Shown one piece after another: positions 1 through 8,678 of a stretch of 14,931 bases of DNA. The position numbers and the translations under genes are program-made. The notes under the pieces were generated by a model. The model saw only the letters and a program-made list of their open reading frames with translations, had not been told where the DNA came from and ran no database searches. Positions within the stretch are counted from its first letter, which is position 1, and every line of letters starts with the position of its first letter. The DNA comes from an archaeon (GTDB lineage Archaea > SpSt-1190 > DYHY01): positions 1 through 14,931 of the forward strand of contig JAZDJS010000030.1 in assembly GCA_043803745.1 (NCBI GenBank), read 5' to 3'.

Positions 1-2
1 AG

Positions 3-1706
3 ATAACTTCCCATTCAATAATCGGAAACATTGCAAGGGAAATGGCTGAAGTCGGGGCTTTCGGAGCAACAAGAAGGATAAACGACGCGGCTGCCGATGT
101 TGCCGGATATGAAGGCGGAGTTGCAAGGGCAAACAATCCGCACAACACAGTTCTCAAGCGCCTTGCGGCAGAGAAGAAAGTTGTCGCCCAGCTCAAGCGC
201 GATGCATCAGCAGCAAACTTCGACGCAGGCAATTTCGATGCAGATAACCCCTACAATACTGTCTTGAAGCGGCTCTCTTCTGAAAGCGCCGTTGTTGCGG
301 AAAGGCGCGCTAGGAGAGACGAGGCCAGAGCGCAATCACTGGAATCTCTCGCGCGCGGCAGGACTGCCCAGTACGACTCGCCGTCCACTTTCCTTTCAAG
401 GCTTGCTGCTGAAGCGGATTATGTTGCCAAGCACAGGTCGTCTGCAAGGAGAGCTCGCGCAGGAGCGACAGACAGGGAAAGCACAGTAAGGATGAACAAA
501 ATCACCCGCGGCGATACTTTCCTAGGACACCTTGCAGCCGAACGGAACTATGCTGACACGCAAAGAGCGGACGGAATGACCGCAATGGCTGGTGCGACAA
601 CGGCAAGGTCGAACGCCCAGCGCACGGTAAGCCACAATAAGATGGAAGGCATCCGTGACGGAGACACAATCAGAGGACACCTTGCAGCCGAACGGAACTA
701 TGCTGACACGCAAAGAGCGGACGGAATGACCGCAATGGCTGGTGCGACAACGGCAAGGTCGAACGCCCAGCGCACGGTAAGCCAAAACAGGATGAACAAC
801 CTCCGTGACGGAGACACAATCAGAGGACACCTTGCAGCCGAGGGAAGATATGCTGCCGAACAATATGACGCGCAAACAACTGCAAAGACTAATGCACGGG
901 AAACCCGGTCAACGGGAAGGATGGCTAGAATAACCCGTGGCGACACGCTTCCAGGAAGGCTCTCCCGCACTTTGGCTGACTATAAAGCTCGCCAGGTAGA
1001 AATCGCAGCTTCAAGGACTGCGGCAAAAGCGTCTGAATTGCAGGACATAAACGCTTTGGGTGAAACTTTGACAACTGACGAAGGGCGCGCAGGATACCGG
1101 GTAAGGCACCCTGTAAGGTATGGCGCGATGCGGGTTGGAGAGCTTTTCGATGCAGCTGGAGATAGGCTTGAGGAACTGCTCCGCGGACAAGTCCAGGGCA
1201 ACCAACAGCAGGGTCAACAGCCCGCTCCGGGTCGCGGAGGACAGCAGGGAGTGCCCAGGAGACCTGCTCCACAAAACGCTCAGAGGTCAATCTACCAAAA
1301 CGGAATGGTGCTTGAACGTCTTGACGCATCCTATGCTGGCGGAGATGCTGATGCGCGCAGAGGGGTGTTGCGGGTTGCAAGAGGGGTCGCTACCAGGGGC
1401 TCCAACTATCGCCCGCAAGCGGGAACTCCAGAGGTTGCTGCTGACCTTGTGAACTTTGCAGATGTCTACAAAAGGGCAGTTGAGGATGCTTCCCGCGGAG
1501 GCCCCGCAGTGGGAAACCACGGCTCTTTCGTCGTGCAACAGGTGCACGGGCAGCCGGTTACAGTCTCCTTCACAGATGCATACAACGTGCTAAACTCAGC
1601 TCAACAGGCAACAGGCGACACAAGATTGCAAGTTGAACAGTATGCAGGACCAGGTAGGGCAAGACCTGGAAGAGCAGCGCCCGGGCAGGCACAAGCGGGA
1701 CCTTAG
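3..1706 (+). CDS. Repeat-rich Ala/Arg/Gly/Gln-rich hypothetical protein, probably 5'-partial
   Basis: ORF track gives 42..1706. The same frame has no stop back to the window edge (ITSHSIIGNIARE-MAEV...), so the true start is probably outside the window. Seven degenerate helical repeats (e.g. NTVLKRLAAE, DTFLGHLAAERNYA) and a Q/G/P-rich linker. No family recognised. Confidence 0.75.
   Translation: MTSHSIIGNIAREMAEVGAFGATRRINDAAADVAGYEGGVARANNPHNTVLKRLAAEKKVVAQLKRDASAANFDAGNFDADNPYNTVLKRLSSESAVVAERRARRDEARAQSLESLARGRTAQYDSPSTFLSRLAAEADYVAKHRSSARRARAGATDRESTVRMNKITRGDTFLGHLAAERNYADTQRADGMTAMAGATTARSNAQRTVSHNKMEGIRDGDTIRGHLAAERNYADTQRADGMTAMAGATTARSNAQRTVSQNRMNNLRDGDTIRGHLAAEGRYAAEQYDAQTTAKTNARETRSTGRMARITRGDTLPGRLSRTLADYKARQVEIAASRTAAKASELQDINALGETLTTDEGRAGYRVRHPVRYGAMRVGELFDAAGDRLEELLRGQVQGNQQQGQQPAPGRGGQQGVPRRPAPQNAQRSIYQNGMVLERLDASYAGGDADARRGVLRVARGVATRGSNYRPQAGTPEVAADLVNFADVYKRAVEDASRGGPAVGNHGSFVVQQVHGQPVTVSFTDAYNVLNSAQQATGDTRLQVEQYAGPGRARPGRAAPGQAQAGP
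524..841 (+). repeat. Intragenic tandem repeat, 150-bp (50-aa) period, about 2.1 copies
   Basis: 524-634 is identical to 674-784 and 652-691 is identical to 802-841; only 635-651 vs 785-801 differ. Confidence 0.95.
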
Positions 1707-1726
1707 AAGAATAGTAATCACCATCG

Positions 1727-1766
1727 GGGGCGGGTAGAAGAAAAAGCCCGCCCCGCCATTTTTCTT
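1727..1766 (+). terminator. GC-rich hairpin followed by a T-tract, putative terminator
   Basis: GGGGCGGGT (1727-1735) pairs with GCCCGCCCC (1746-1754), then ATTTTTCTT, about 20 nt after the stop at 1706. Confidence 0.6.
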
Positions 1767-1854
1767 AAACTGTAAAGTTCCCCTTCTCCCCTTCCGGAAC
1801 TGAAAAAGCCCCGAAATGCAGTCCGGAATCTACATAGCCCCGGGAGATTATCGC

Positions 1855-1878
1855 TTCCCAAGGGAAAAGCTTAAATCC
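1855..1878 (+). promoter_or_regulatory. BRE/TATA promoter of the MNT-HEPN operon with an overlapping palindrome
   Basis: GGGAAAAGC-TTAAAT with TATA at 1871, 30 nt before ATG 1901. Palindrome TTCCC-AA-GGGAA at 1855-1866. Confidence 0.6.
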
Positions 1879-1900
1879 GCATGTTCCGTTAATGGAACGT

Positions 1901-2467
1901 ATGTTTCAAAAGTGGAACAATCCTACTTTCACGCTCCTCCTCTCGCTCTCCGAAGAGCCTTGCCATTTGCGTGACCTTTCCAGGAAAACGGGAATTCCGC
2001 CAGCAACCGCAAAGCGCCTCCTTGACACGCTGGTTTCGGCGGGAATCCTTGACGCCAAAAGGGAGGGCCTGAACCGGAAGTTTTTCATCAAGAACACTCT
2101 CTCGGCGAAGGCTGCGCTCCTTCTTTCCGAGCACTACAAGTCAATCCTGCTCCTTGAAAAATATCCTCTTCTCCTGAGGCCAATTGAGCAAACCCTTTCC
2201 ATGTGCGGGAAGGTTCCGCTGGTCGTCCTTTTCGGAAGTTATGCGGATTTCTCCGCAAAGGAAGACAGCGACATTGACATTTACATAGAGTCGGGGGATT
2301 CCGCCATCAAGAATGCGATTGAGGCAACTGATTCACGGCTCAGCGTCAAGATCGGAAAGTTCGAGCCTTCGGACGCCCTGATAAAAGAAATAATTAAGAA
2401 GCACGTAATACTGAAGGGGGCCGAACGGTTCTATGAAAGATCTGGACTTCTTGAAGAAGCTCGTTGA
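1901..2467 (+). CDS. HTH + minimal nucleotidyltransferase (MNT) protein, putative antitoxin
   Basis: N-terminal winged HTH (HLRDLSRKTGIPPATAKRLLDTLVSAGIL) and MNT motif GS-x10-DxD (LFGSYADFSAKEDSDIDI). Start 1901 preferred over 1892 from TATA spacing. Confidence 0.85.
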   Translation: MFQKWNNPTFTLLLSLSEEPCHLRDLSRKTGIPPATAKRLLDTLVSAGILDAKREGLNRKFFIKNTLSAKAALLLSEHYKSILLLEKYPLLLRPIEQTLSMCGKVPLVVLFGSYADFSAKEDSDIDIYIESGDSAIKNAIEATDSRLSVKIGKFEPSDALIKEIIKKHVILKGAERFYERSGLLEEAR

Positions 2468-2942
2468 GGAGGGAAAGATTTCTCCGATAGCGCCTTCGGG
2501 GAATTTGCACAGGGCATATATGAAAAAGTCCGAGGATTGCCTTTCCTCCGCGAAGGTTCTCCTCGAAAGGGGACTGTTCGAGAATTCGGTGACAATGTCC
2601 TACTACTCGATGTATAACGCACTTACAGCCGTCCTGCTGAAGGTTGGCGTGAAAAGCGAAAGCCATGCGGGCTCCCTTGCGGTTTTCAAGGAGCTTTTCA
2701 GGGACCAGAAAGAGCTCTACGAGCTGATTTCGGCGGCAAAGCGGGAGAGAATAGACAAGCAATACTACGTTTCAGCGGAAAGCTCCCGGGACGCAACAAG
2801 GAGGGATACGGAGAACCTGATTCTTGGGGCCGAGAATTTCCTGTCAATTCTGACGCCCTTGGCCGCGAAGCTCAGCACCGAAGAAGTCGAAGCAATGCGT
2901 AAAGGCCTGAACGAGAGAATCTTCGTGCGCAAAAGCACGTGA
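2433..2942 (+). CDS. HEPN domain protein (UPF0332/COG1895-like), partner of MNT
   Basis: Typical motifs YYSMYNALTAVL, SESHAG and R-x4-Y (RIDKQY). Overlaps the MNT gene by 35 nt. Confidence 0.85.
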   Translation: MKDLDFLKKLVEEGKISPIAPSGNLHRAYMKKSEDCLSSAKVLLERGLFENSVTMSYYSMYNALTAVLLKVGVKSESHAGSLAVFKELFRDQKELYELISAAKRERIDKQYYVSAESSRDATRRDTENLILGAENFLSILTPLAAKLSTEEVEAMRKGLNERIFVRKST

Positions 2943-3000
2943 CTGACGCGGTAACAGTTTTCCAAATAGCCGACTTTTTTTGAGCTTTTCCGGCAATTAA

Positions 3001-3285
3001 TTACCCGACCGTGAAATTCCCCTTCTCTTCCTCGGGAACGGAGAACGCGCCCAAGTGCAGGCCGGCGTCAACATAGCCCCAGGAGATCACCGCAGCCTCG
3101 AACGCCTCGACAAAAGCACCCCTTTCCAAAAAATGTTTCGAATCCGAGAAATAGAAATTCGCAAGGAGCAGGACCTTTTCAGCTTCCAGGTTCTCTGAAG
3201 CCAGTTTGACCTTCGGGATAATCCTTGCCATCCGGGAAATTTCCTTCCGGGCGGCTTCCTTGATGCCTATTCGAATCTGAACCAT
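3001..3285 (-). CDS. DUF357 family protein
   Basis: YFSDSKHFLERG...AFEAAVISWGYVDAG matches the archaeal DUF357 pattern. Directly downstream of dph5. Confidence 0.8.
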   Translation of the reverse strand: MVQIRIGIKEAARKEISRMARIIPKVKLASENLEAEKVLLLANFYFSDSKHFLERGAFVEAFEAAVISWGYVDAGLHLGAFSVPEEEKGNFTVG

Positions 3286-3968
3286 TTGAGAAACGCCTCC
3301 TCAGCGAAATGCAGCTTTGCGGGCACGATCAGGCAGTGCGGAGCCTTGCCGAAGTCTATTTCCTCAAGCTTCCCCGCCTCGCCCCAGGAAATCTTCATAT
3401 CGGGCCTGTTAGCCCGGGAAACCACGACGAACTCCGGAAAGAACGCCTTCAGATGCCTGATTGCCTCCTTCGGAGCCATCCCGATGTCAAGCAGAATCAG
3501 GGTGTGCAAATCTGCTGAAAGGTTCTTCTTCGTGTATTCGACAACCGAGGGGAATTCCCCGAACGAGGGGAGGGAGACGGTCCGCCCGAACTTGTAGAGC
3601 TGCAGGCCGGTCTTCCCGACCGCAGTGAAAATCGAGGGGGCTGAAACAACCTCTGCCGACACGCCCGCCTCCCGGGCCTCCTCCAAGAGCGACAGGTGCG
3701 TTGTTGCCGCAAGCGGGTCTCCCGAAACAAGGATTACGACCGAATCGTTCTTGGCCCGCCCGATTATCTCGGAGCTCCGGTTCTCAAGCTCCTCCCGGAC
3801 GGCCCGCTGGAATGTCCTGCCTGTGAGCTTTTCAAGATAGGAAACCTGCTCCTCGGAAATTATGTTCGTGTATTCCTCAAGATAGACCACATCCGCCTTT
3901 TTCACGGCATCGACGCCCTTCACGGTTATTTCCGCAATGTCAAGCCCCAGCCCCACAAGAGTCAGCAT
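3267..3968 (-). CDS. dph5: Diphthine synthase (diphthamide biosynthesis methyltransferase)
   Basis: MLTLVGLGL, VYLEEYT, GDPLAATTH, GLQLYKFGRTVSLP, LHTLILLD and PHCLIVPAKLHFAE are Dph5 signatures. Confidence 0.95.
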   Translation of the reverse strand: MLTLVGLGLDIAEITVKGVDAVKKADVVYLEEYTNIISEEQVSYLEKLTGRTFQRAVREELENRSSEIIGRAKNDSVVILVSGDPLAATTHLSLLEEAREAGVSAEVVSAPSIFTAVGKTGLQLYKFGRTVSLPSFGEFPSVVEYTKKNLSADLHTLILLDIGMAPKEAIRHLKAFFPEFVVVSRANRPDMKISWGEAGKLEEIDFGKAPHCLIVPAKLHFAEEAFLKWFRFE

Positions 3969-3992
3969 ATCCGCGCCCAGGCGAACCCCCTA

Positions 3993-5435
3993 TTAATTAC
4001 CTTCCATTTTCCGGACTTCATACCCTTCCCGCAAGAGGGCGTCTATTGTGTTTTTCCCGAGCAGTTTCATTTTCTCTTCGCAAGCTTTCAGGGCCCAGTA
4101 GTTGACTTTTCCGTCGCATTTCTCCGGAAGCGGTTCAAGGAGGCCCCTTGGTGGAAGCGGATAGACCGCCTGCAGGGAAAGCAGCGTTTTCCCGTCCGGA
4201 GAGAAAAAAACGTATTGGAAGGAATCGATGAAAAAGTTGATTTCATAGCTGTAAACGGTCTCATTGTATGCGCCTTTCAACGGAACCTCGCCAACCGCAT
4301 GCCTGCGGAACTCTTGCCTGAAAATGTTCCTGGATTCGGTCAAGTTTCTTCCCGCCCCGACGATTTCCTGTATCGTATAGTAAAGATCCTTCGTCGAAAC
4401 CGGTCCGGAGACAACCCGCCCAGAATGACCTGGAACGCGTATGATCAGAGGAACTGAGAGAACTTCGGGATGACTGCTCCCGTGACCAAATACGCTGTGT
4501 TCCCCAAGGGCTTCTCCGTGCTGGGACGTGAAGATTATCACGGAGCTTTCGTAAAGCCCGGTCTTCTTCAGCGTTTCAATAAGCCTTCCGAAGAGGAAAT
4601 CCGCCCTGCGCAACTTCCCGTCATAGCTGGCGATGATTTTCTGAATCTGGGCGTCGCTCAGTTCAGTTTGGCTGGTTCCGGTCCCGTTTCCGGTCCCGTT
4701 TCCGGTCCCGGTTTTTTCCAGCGAGAAAAGCAGCCATTTCCCTTCGATTTTTGTTATGCCAGTTTTTCCCCAGTCGAGGTCAACCCCGGAAATGTCAGTG
4801 TCTCCAAATTCCCCGAAAAAATAGTCGCTTCCGTTGCCAGTGTAGGGAGTGTGCAGGTCGTAGTTGCTCAGGAATAGGAATCCGGGCGACAGGCCTTTGT
4901 TCGACAGCCAGTCCTCGGCAAAGGGGACGATTTTGCCAAAGTCCAATCCTGCCTTTGCAGTTGAGAATCCAATGCTCTTGATCAAATCCTCCTCATATGC
5001 GAGGCCTCCATAGAACGCCGCGGTCGCGTAGTTCTCTTGGAGAAGACTCCTTGGAAGAAACTCGAACTCATCCGGGGCAATGGGCGACTGGAGTGTGAGG
5101 TCACCCAAAAAGAACCTTCGTTTCAGGTGTTCCGAAAACTTCTTTCCGGTGAAAAGACTGATGTCGGATTCGTATGTGAATGGGGTTGGGGAAACCGCCT
5201 CAGAAAAAACAAAGCTTTCCCGCGCAAAGGCGTCAATGTTGGGGGTGGTTTCCCGGGAATATCCGAAAAAACCGACGTGTTCTTTGTTCAGGCCGTCAAA
5301 TTCTACAAGTATTACGTTGCAGCCGGGGCAGGAAGGAACCTCGTTCTCCAGAGAAACGTAGCTGTGGAACGCGATGAGAGCCAATGCGAAGAGAACGAGC
5401 GCCGCCACGAAAGCGAAAACGAGATTTTTCCGCAC
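3993..5435 (-). CDS. Membrane-anchored sulfatase-like hydrolase/transferase (alkaline phosphatase superfamily)
   Basis: N-terminal TM segment; NVILVEFDGL, TPNIDAFA, PFTYESDISLFTG, YDLHTPY, YDGKLRRAD, IIFTSQHGE and VPLIIRVP. GTG start. Confidence 0.85.
   Translation of the reverse strand: MRKNLVFAFVAALVLFALALIAFHSYVSLENEVPSCPGCNVILVEFDGLNKEHVGFFGYSRETTPNIDAFARESFVFSEAVSPTPFTYESDISLFTGKKFSEHLKRRFFLGDLTLQSPIAPDEFEFLPRSLLQENYATAAFYGGLAYEEDLIKSIGFSTAKAGLDFGKIVPFAEDWLSNKGLSPGFLFLSNYDLHTPYTGNGSDYFFGEFGDTDISGVDLDWGKTGITKIEGKWLLFSLEKTGTGNGTGNGTGTSQTELSDAQIQKIIASYDGKLRRADFLFGRLIETLKKTGLYESSVIIFTSQHGEALGEHSVFGHGSSHPEVLSVPLIIRVPGHSGRVVSGPVSTKDLYYTIQEIVGAGRNLTESRNIFRQEFRRHAVGEVPLKGAYNETVYSYEINFFIDSFQYVFFSPDGKTLLSLQAVYPLPPRGLLEPLPEKCDGKVNYWALKACEEKMKLLGKNTIDALLREGYEVRKMEGN
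4676..4711. repeat. 12-bp tandem repeat TTCCGGTCCCGT x3, in frame in the sulfatase-like gene
   Basis: Units at 4676-4687, 4688-4699 and 4700-4711; encodes TGTGNGTGNGTGT on the minus strand. Confidence 0.9.
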
Positions 5436-5454
5436 AGCAAGGGCGTCCTCTGAA

Positions 5455-5502
5455 GCTTATTTATTGCTTTCCCGGTTTTGAGCGGGAGAAATCGTTATTA
5501 AT
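5455..5502. promoter_or_regulatory. Divergent BRE/TATA promoters for the sulfatase-like gene (-) and trm5 (+)
   Basis: Minus: GGGAAAGCA-ATAAATAA, 29 nt before 5435. Plus: GGAGAAATCG-TTATTAA, 28 nt before 5523. Confidence 0.6.
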
Positions 5503-5522
5503 CGGCTTTCCATGGGGAGAAA

Positions 5523-6605
5523 ATGGCTTCTCAGCTGGCTGTAAAGGTTGCCAAAAAAAAGGCGGAGCCCCTGAGAAGGAAGCTAGTTGCCGAGGGGATT
5601 TTCGACAGGAGCCGGCAGATTGCCCGAGAAGGGGAGTTCGTGATACTGCCCGTTCTTAAAAAACCGAAAGGCCTGAAAACCTTCCGGACGGAAAACCTTC
5701 AAATTCAAACGTCCCAGAATCAGTCCCTTGAACGGAGGCTTTCCTCAATCCTCCCGCCGGGTTCTTTATTCTCGAAATCATTCGACATTGTCGGGACCGT
5801 CGGAATCCTTGATGTCGGGAAGCTCTCCTCAGCAAACCAGGAATTCGCTGCGGAAGCGCTCCGGCAGGTTTACCCGTCCCTCACAGCGGTCTGCACACGG
5901 GCCGGAACGATTGAGGACGAGTTCAGGATTAGGCCGCTCAAGCTTCTTTGGGGAAAAACAACCGAGACAATCCATAACGAGAACGGAATCCGCCTGAAGC
6001 TCGACCCGGCGAAGGTCTATTTCTCTCCGAGGCAGGCTGCCGAACGCGTAAGGGTGAGCTCCCAAATCTGCCCGGGCGAGCAGATTCTCGTAATGTTCGC
6101 GGGATGCGGACCATATTCAACCCTGATTGCAAAGAACCATCCGGACTGCCGGGTTTTTTCAGTTGAGCTCAATCCCGCAGGCGTCAAATACCTTGAGGAG
6201 AACATTTCCCTCAACAAGGTCGGGAAGAACTCCAGAGCTTTCCTTGGGGATGTCCGAAAAGTGGTTCCGAAGCTCGGGCGAAATTCCTTCGACAGGATAA
6301 TAATGCCCCTTCCCAAGGATGCGGAAAACTTCCTCGAGCTTGCCGCTTCCGCAGCAAGGCCGGGCGCAATAATCAACTTCTATTCCTTCGGCAGGGATTT
6401 TTCAGAGGGGGAAAAAACAATTTCCGAAAGGCTCGGTGCCGGCGCGGCAATACTGAACCGGCAGAAGTGCGGCGACATTGCCCCGGGCAAGTTCAGGCTC
6501 GTCTTTGATATCAGGCTATCTTCCGGGAAACCCCTCAGGGAACCCCTCAGGGAATCCCTCAGGGAACCCCTCAGGGAATCCGGAAGAACTTGTTCGCATG
6601 AATAA
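5523..6605 (+). CDS. trm5: Trm5/Tyw2 (Met-10+) family tRNA (guanine-37-N1) methyltransferase
   Basis: SFDIVGTVGI, TETIHNENG, KVYFSPR..ERVR, SAM motif MFAGCGPY, ELNP and FDRIIMPLP. C-terminal tail made by a 12-bp repeat. Confidence 0.85.
   Translation: MASQLAVKVAKKKAEPLRRKLVAEGIFDRSRQIAREGEFVILPVLKKPKGLKTFRTENLQIQTSQNQSLERRLSSILPPGSLFSKSFDIVGTVGILDVGKLSSANQEFAAEALRQVYPSLTAVCTRAGTIEDEFRIRPLKLLWGKTTETIHNENGIRLKLDPAKVYFSPRQAAERVRVSSQICPGEQILVMFAGCGPYSTLIAKNHPDCRVFSVELNPAGVKYLEENISLNKVGKNSRAFLGDVRKVVPKLGRNSFDRIIMPLPKDAENFLELAASAARPGAIINFYSFGRDFSEGEKTISERLGAGAAILNRQKCGDIAPGKFRLVFDIRLSSGKPLREPLRESLREPLRESGRTCSHE
6526..6581 (+). repeat. 12-bp minisatellite GGGAACCCCTCA, about 4.7 copies (array 1)
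   Basis: GGAAACCCCTCA, GGGAACCCCTCA, GGGAATCCCTCA, GGGAACCCCTCA, GGGAATCC; encodes KPLREPLRESLREPLRES in Trm5. Confidence 0.95.
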
Positions 6606-6616
6606 TGTTTTAAATG
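6600..6616 (+). promoter_or_regulatory. TATA promoter of the phosphodiesterase gene
   Basis: GAATAATGT-TTTAAAT with TATA at 6609, 30 nt before ATG 6639. Confidence 0.55.
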
Positions 6617-6638
6617 AAAAAGTCCGGACTGCCGTGCG

Positions 6639-8675
6639 ATGGCGGCCAGGAAATCCGAGCTTCTGAAAATGGGAATCGTTGTTGCGCTACTTTCTTTGCT
6701 CGTTGCTGCAGCCGTTTATTTCCAATTCTCCGGGCCGAAAACCAGCCCGGTTCCTTCGAAGGTCTACTGGTTCGTCCCCGACGGGCTCCGCGCCGAGCCG
6801 GAGCTTTTCAAGCTCTACGAATGGGCAGAGGCCGGGGAGCTTCCTAACATCAAATGGATGATAGAGAACGGCGCATATGGGTATTCCCTTCCGGACTTTC
6901 CTTCCCACACCCCGGTCAACTTTGCAGCCCTCATGACCGGCGCTCACCCGAACGTCAACGGCGTTTCCGACGGGCCAATGCATGTCGAAGGCAAGCCCCT
7001 TGACAAGCCTGCCGTTTCCGGATTCTCCTCAGTTGCGAAAAAGGTCCCTCCGGTCTGGAAGACGCTCGAGGAGCAGGGAAAGCGCGTTTTCCTCCTTTCA
7101 ATCCCCGGTTCAACCCCTCCGGAACTTGAGAATGGCTGGACTGTCCGGGGAAGGTGGAGCGGCTGGGGCGCGGACACCCCCGCCATAAATTTCGAGTCAA
7201 TTGAGAAGCTTGAGGAATGGAAGAAGTACGGGCGCGCTTTCCGCCTCTTCTATCTCGGGCAGCCCCTTACCGTCTTTCTCGGGTCAACTAAGAAGCCGGC
7301 ACAGGTCCCGTCCGACCTTTCCGAATCCGAAGACGCGCCTTTGCTCGTGAACCTGTCGAATTACGGGACGGCAATCCAGGCGTTCCTCCTCTCGGATTCG
7401 GCCGGGAATTATTCCTCCGCCGAAATCTATTACGACGGAAAGAAGGTTTCCGATTTGCACCAGGGCGAGCGGACTGGCTGGTTCTCAGTCAACCTTTCCT
7501 TCAGCAACATGAGCTTCTCCTCCGAGGCATACGTGACGCTGATAAAGCTTGAGCCGGACGGGAAATTCCGCTTCAGGGTGTTCTTCAACAACGTCAACAA
7601 GTTCCTGACGGACCCGTTGGAGGTTGCGGAGGACCTGACCCGGAACGTAGGTCCCTCTGTCGATTTCGTGGACAACTGGCCGAACCAGCTTGTTTTCGAG
7701 CAGGAGGACAAGGAGGTTTTCTTCGCGGAGGCGATGGAATCACTTGACTGGCACAGGCGCGCAGCCGGGTACGTAATACAAAAGTATTCCCCCGACGTCT
7801 TCATACAGGACACATATACGCCGAACCAGTTCCTTGAGGCGCGCTGGTGGCATGCGAACGTTTACAACAACACTCCGAAATACGGCGGACCGGAAGCAGA
7901 GGCGGAGTCCTGGAAAGCAATCCTTGAGATGTACAAGGGGGTTGACAGGATACTTGGCGAGGCAAGGAAGGAGCTCCCCCCGAATTCGATGATAATCCTC
8001 TCATCCGACCACGGGATAGCTTTCCTCCAGAAGGAGGTCAAGATAAACAGCGTTTTCGCTGACAAGGGCTGGCTTTTCTTCAAGACGAATCCGACAACCG
8101 GAGAACCGACAATCGACTGGAACCGGAGCAGGGTGATTTTTCTGAAAATGAACCACGTTTACATAAACCCTGACGGACTTGGCGGAAACTACAAGCGCGC
8201 GTCGGGCCCGGAATATGAGGCGCTTCGGGAGGAGGTTTCCGAAACGCTCCTTTCCCTGAAGGACGAGGATGGGATTTCCCCGATTGTTTCAGTCAAGCTC
8301 GGCCCTGAAGACAATTCCGTTTACGAGCAGGTCGTTCCCTTCGACAGGGCTTCCGAGGTTTTCAGTCTTTATCCGGAAAGGGTCGGCGACCTTGTTTTCG
8401 AGCAGAGGCTCGGCTACCAGACAATCGAGGAAATGGATGACGGGCCTGTTTTCGTCCAGTCCCTTTCCTCCGGCTACAAGCAGGCAATCGACCCCAACAG
8501 TACAAGCCTCTGGACGCCGTTCATGATTGTCGGTCCCGGAATAAAGAAGGGCTACTTCCTTGAGAAGCCGATAAGCCACGTTGACCAGATGCCGACAATA
8601 CTCCACTCAATGAACCTGTCGATACCGAACCATGTCCAAGGGCGGGTGCTTTCCGAGATTTTCATTGCGGGTTGA
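6639..8675 (+). CDS. Membrane-anchored type I phosphodiesterase / nucleotide pyrophosphatase family protein (alkaline phosphatase superfamily)
   Basis: N-terminal TM segment; VYWFVPDGL, Thr nucleophile motif PSHTPVNFAALMTG, IILSSDHG, PFMIVGPGIK and SHVDQMPTIL...GRVL. Confidence 0.88.
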   Translation: MAARKSELLKMGIVVALLSLLVAAAVYFQFSGPKTSPVPSKVYWFVPDGLRAEPELFKLYEWAEAGELPNIKWMIENGAYGYSLPDFPSHTPVNFAALMTGAHPNVNGVSDGPMHVEGKPLDKPAVSGFSSVAKKVPPVWKTLEEQGKRVFLLSIPGSTPPELENGWTVRGRWSGWGADTPAINFESIEKLEEWKKYGRAFRLFYLGQPLTVFLGSTKKPAQVPSDLSESEDAPLLVNLSNYGTAIQAFLLSDSAGNYSSAEIYYDGKKVSDLHQGERTGWFSVNLSFSNMSFSSEAYVTLIKLEPDGKFRFRVFFNNVNKFLTDPLEVAEDLTRNVGPSVDFVDNWPNQLVFEQEDKEVFFAEAMESLDWHRRAAGYVIQKYSPDVFIQDTYTPNQFLEARWWHANVYNNTPKYGGPEAEAESWKAILEMYKGVDRILGEARKELPPNSMIILSSDHGIAFLQKEVKINSVFADKGWLFFKTNPTTGEPTIDWNRSRVIFLKMNHVYINPDGLGGNYKRASGPEYEALREEVSETLLSLKDEDGISPIVSVKLGPEDNSVYEQVVPFDRASEVFSLYPERVGDLVFEQRLGYQTIEEMDDGPVFVQSLSSGYKQAIDPNSTSLWTPFMIVGPGIKKGYFLEKPISHVDQMPTILHSMNLSIPNHVQGRVLSEIFIAG

Positions 8676-8678
8676 GAT

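Noticed and set aside
3286-5659. Antisense ORFs over dph5 and the sulfatase-like gene (e.g. 3696..4457) and similar short ORFs elsewhere, including 14557..14817
   Set aside because: Shadow frames of well-supported genes on the opposite strand or in another frame, with no recognisable motifs.
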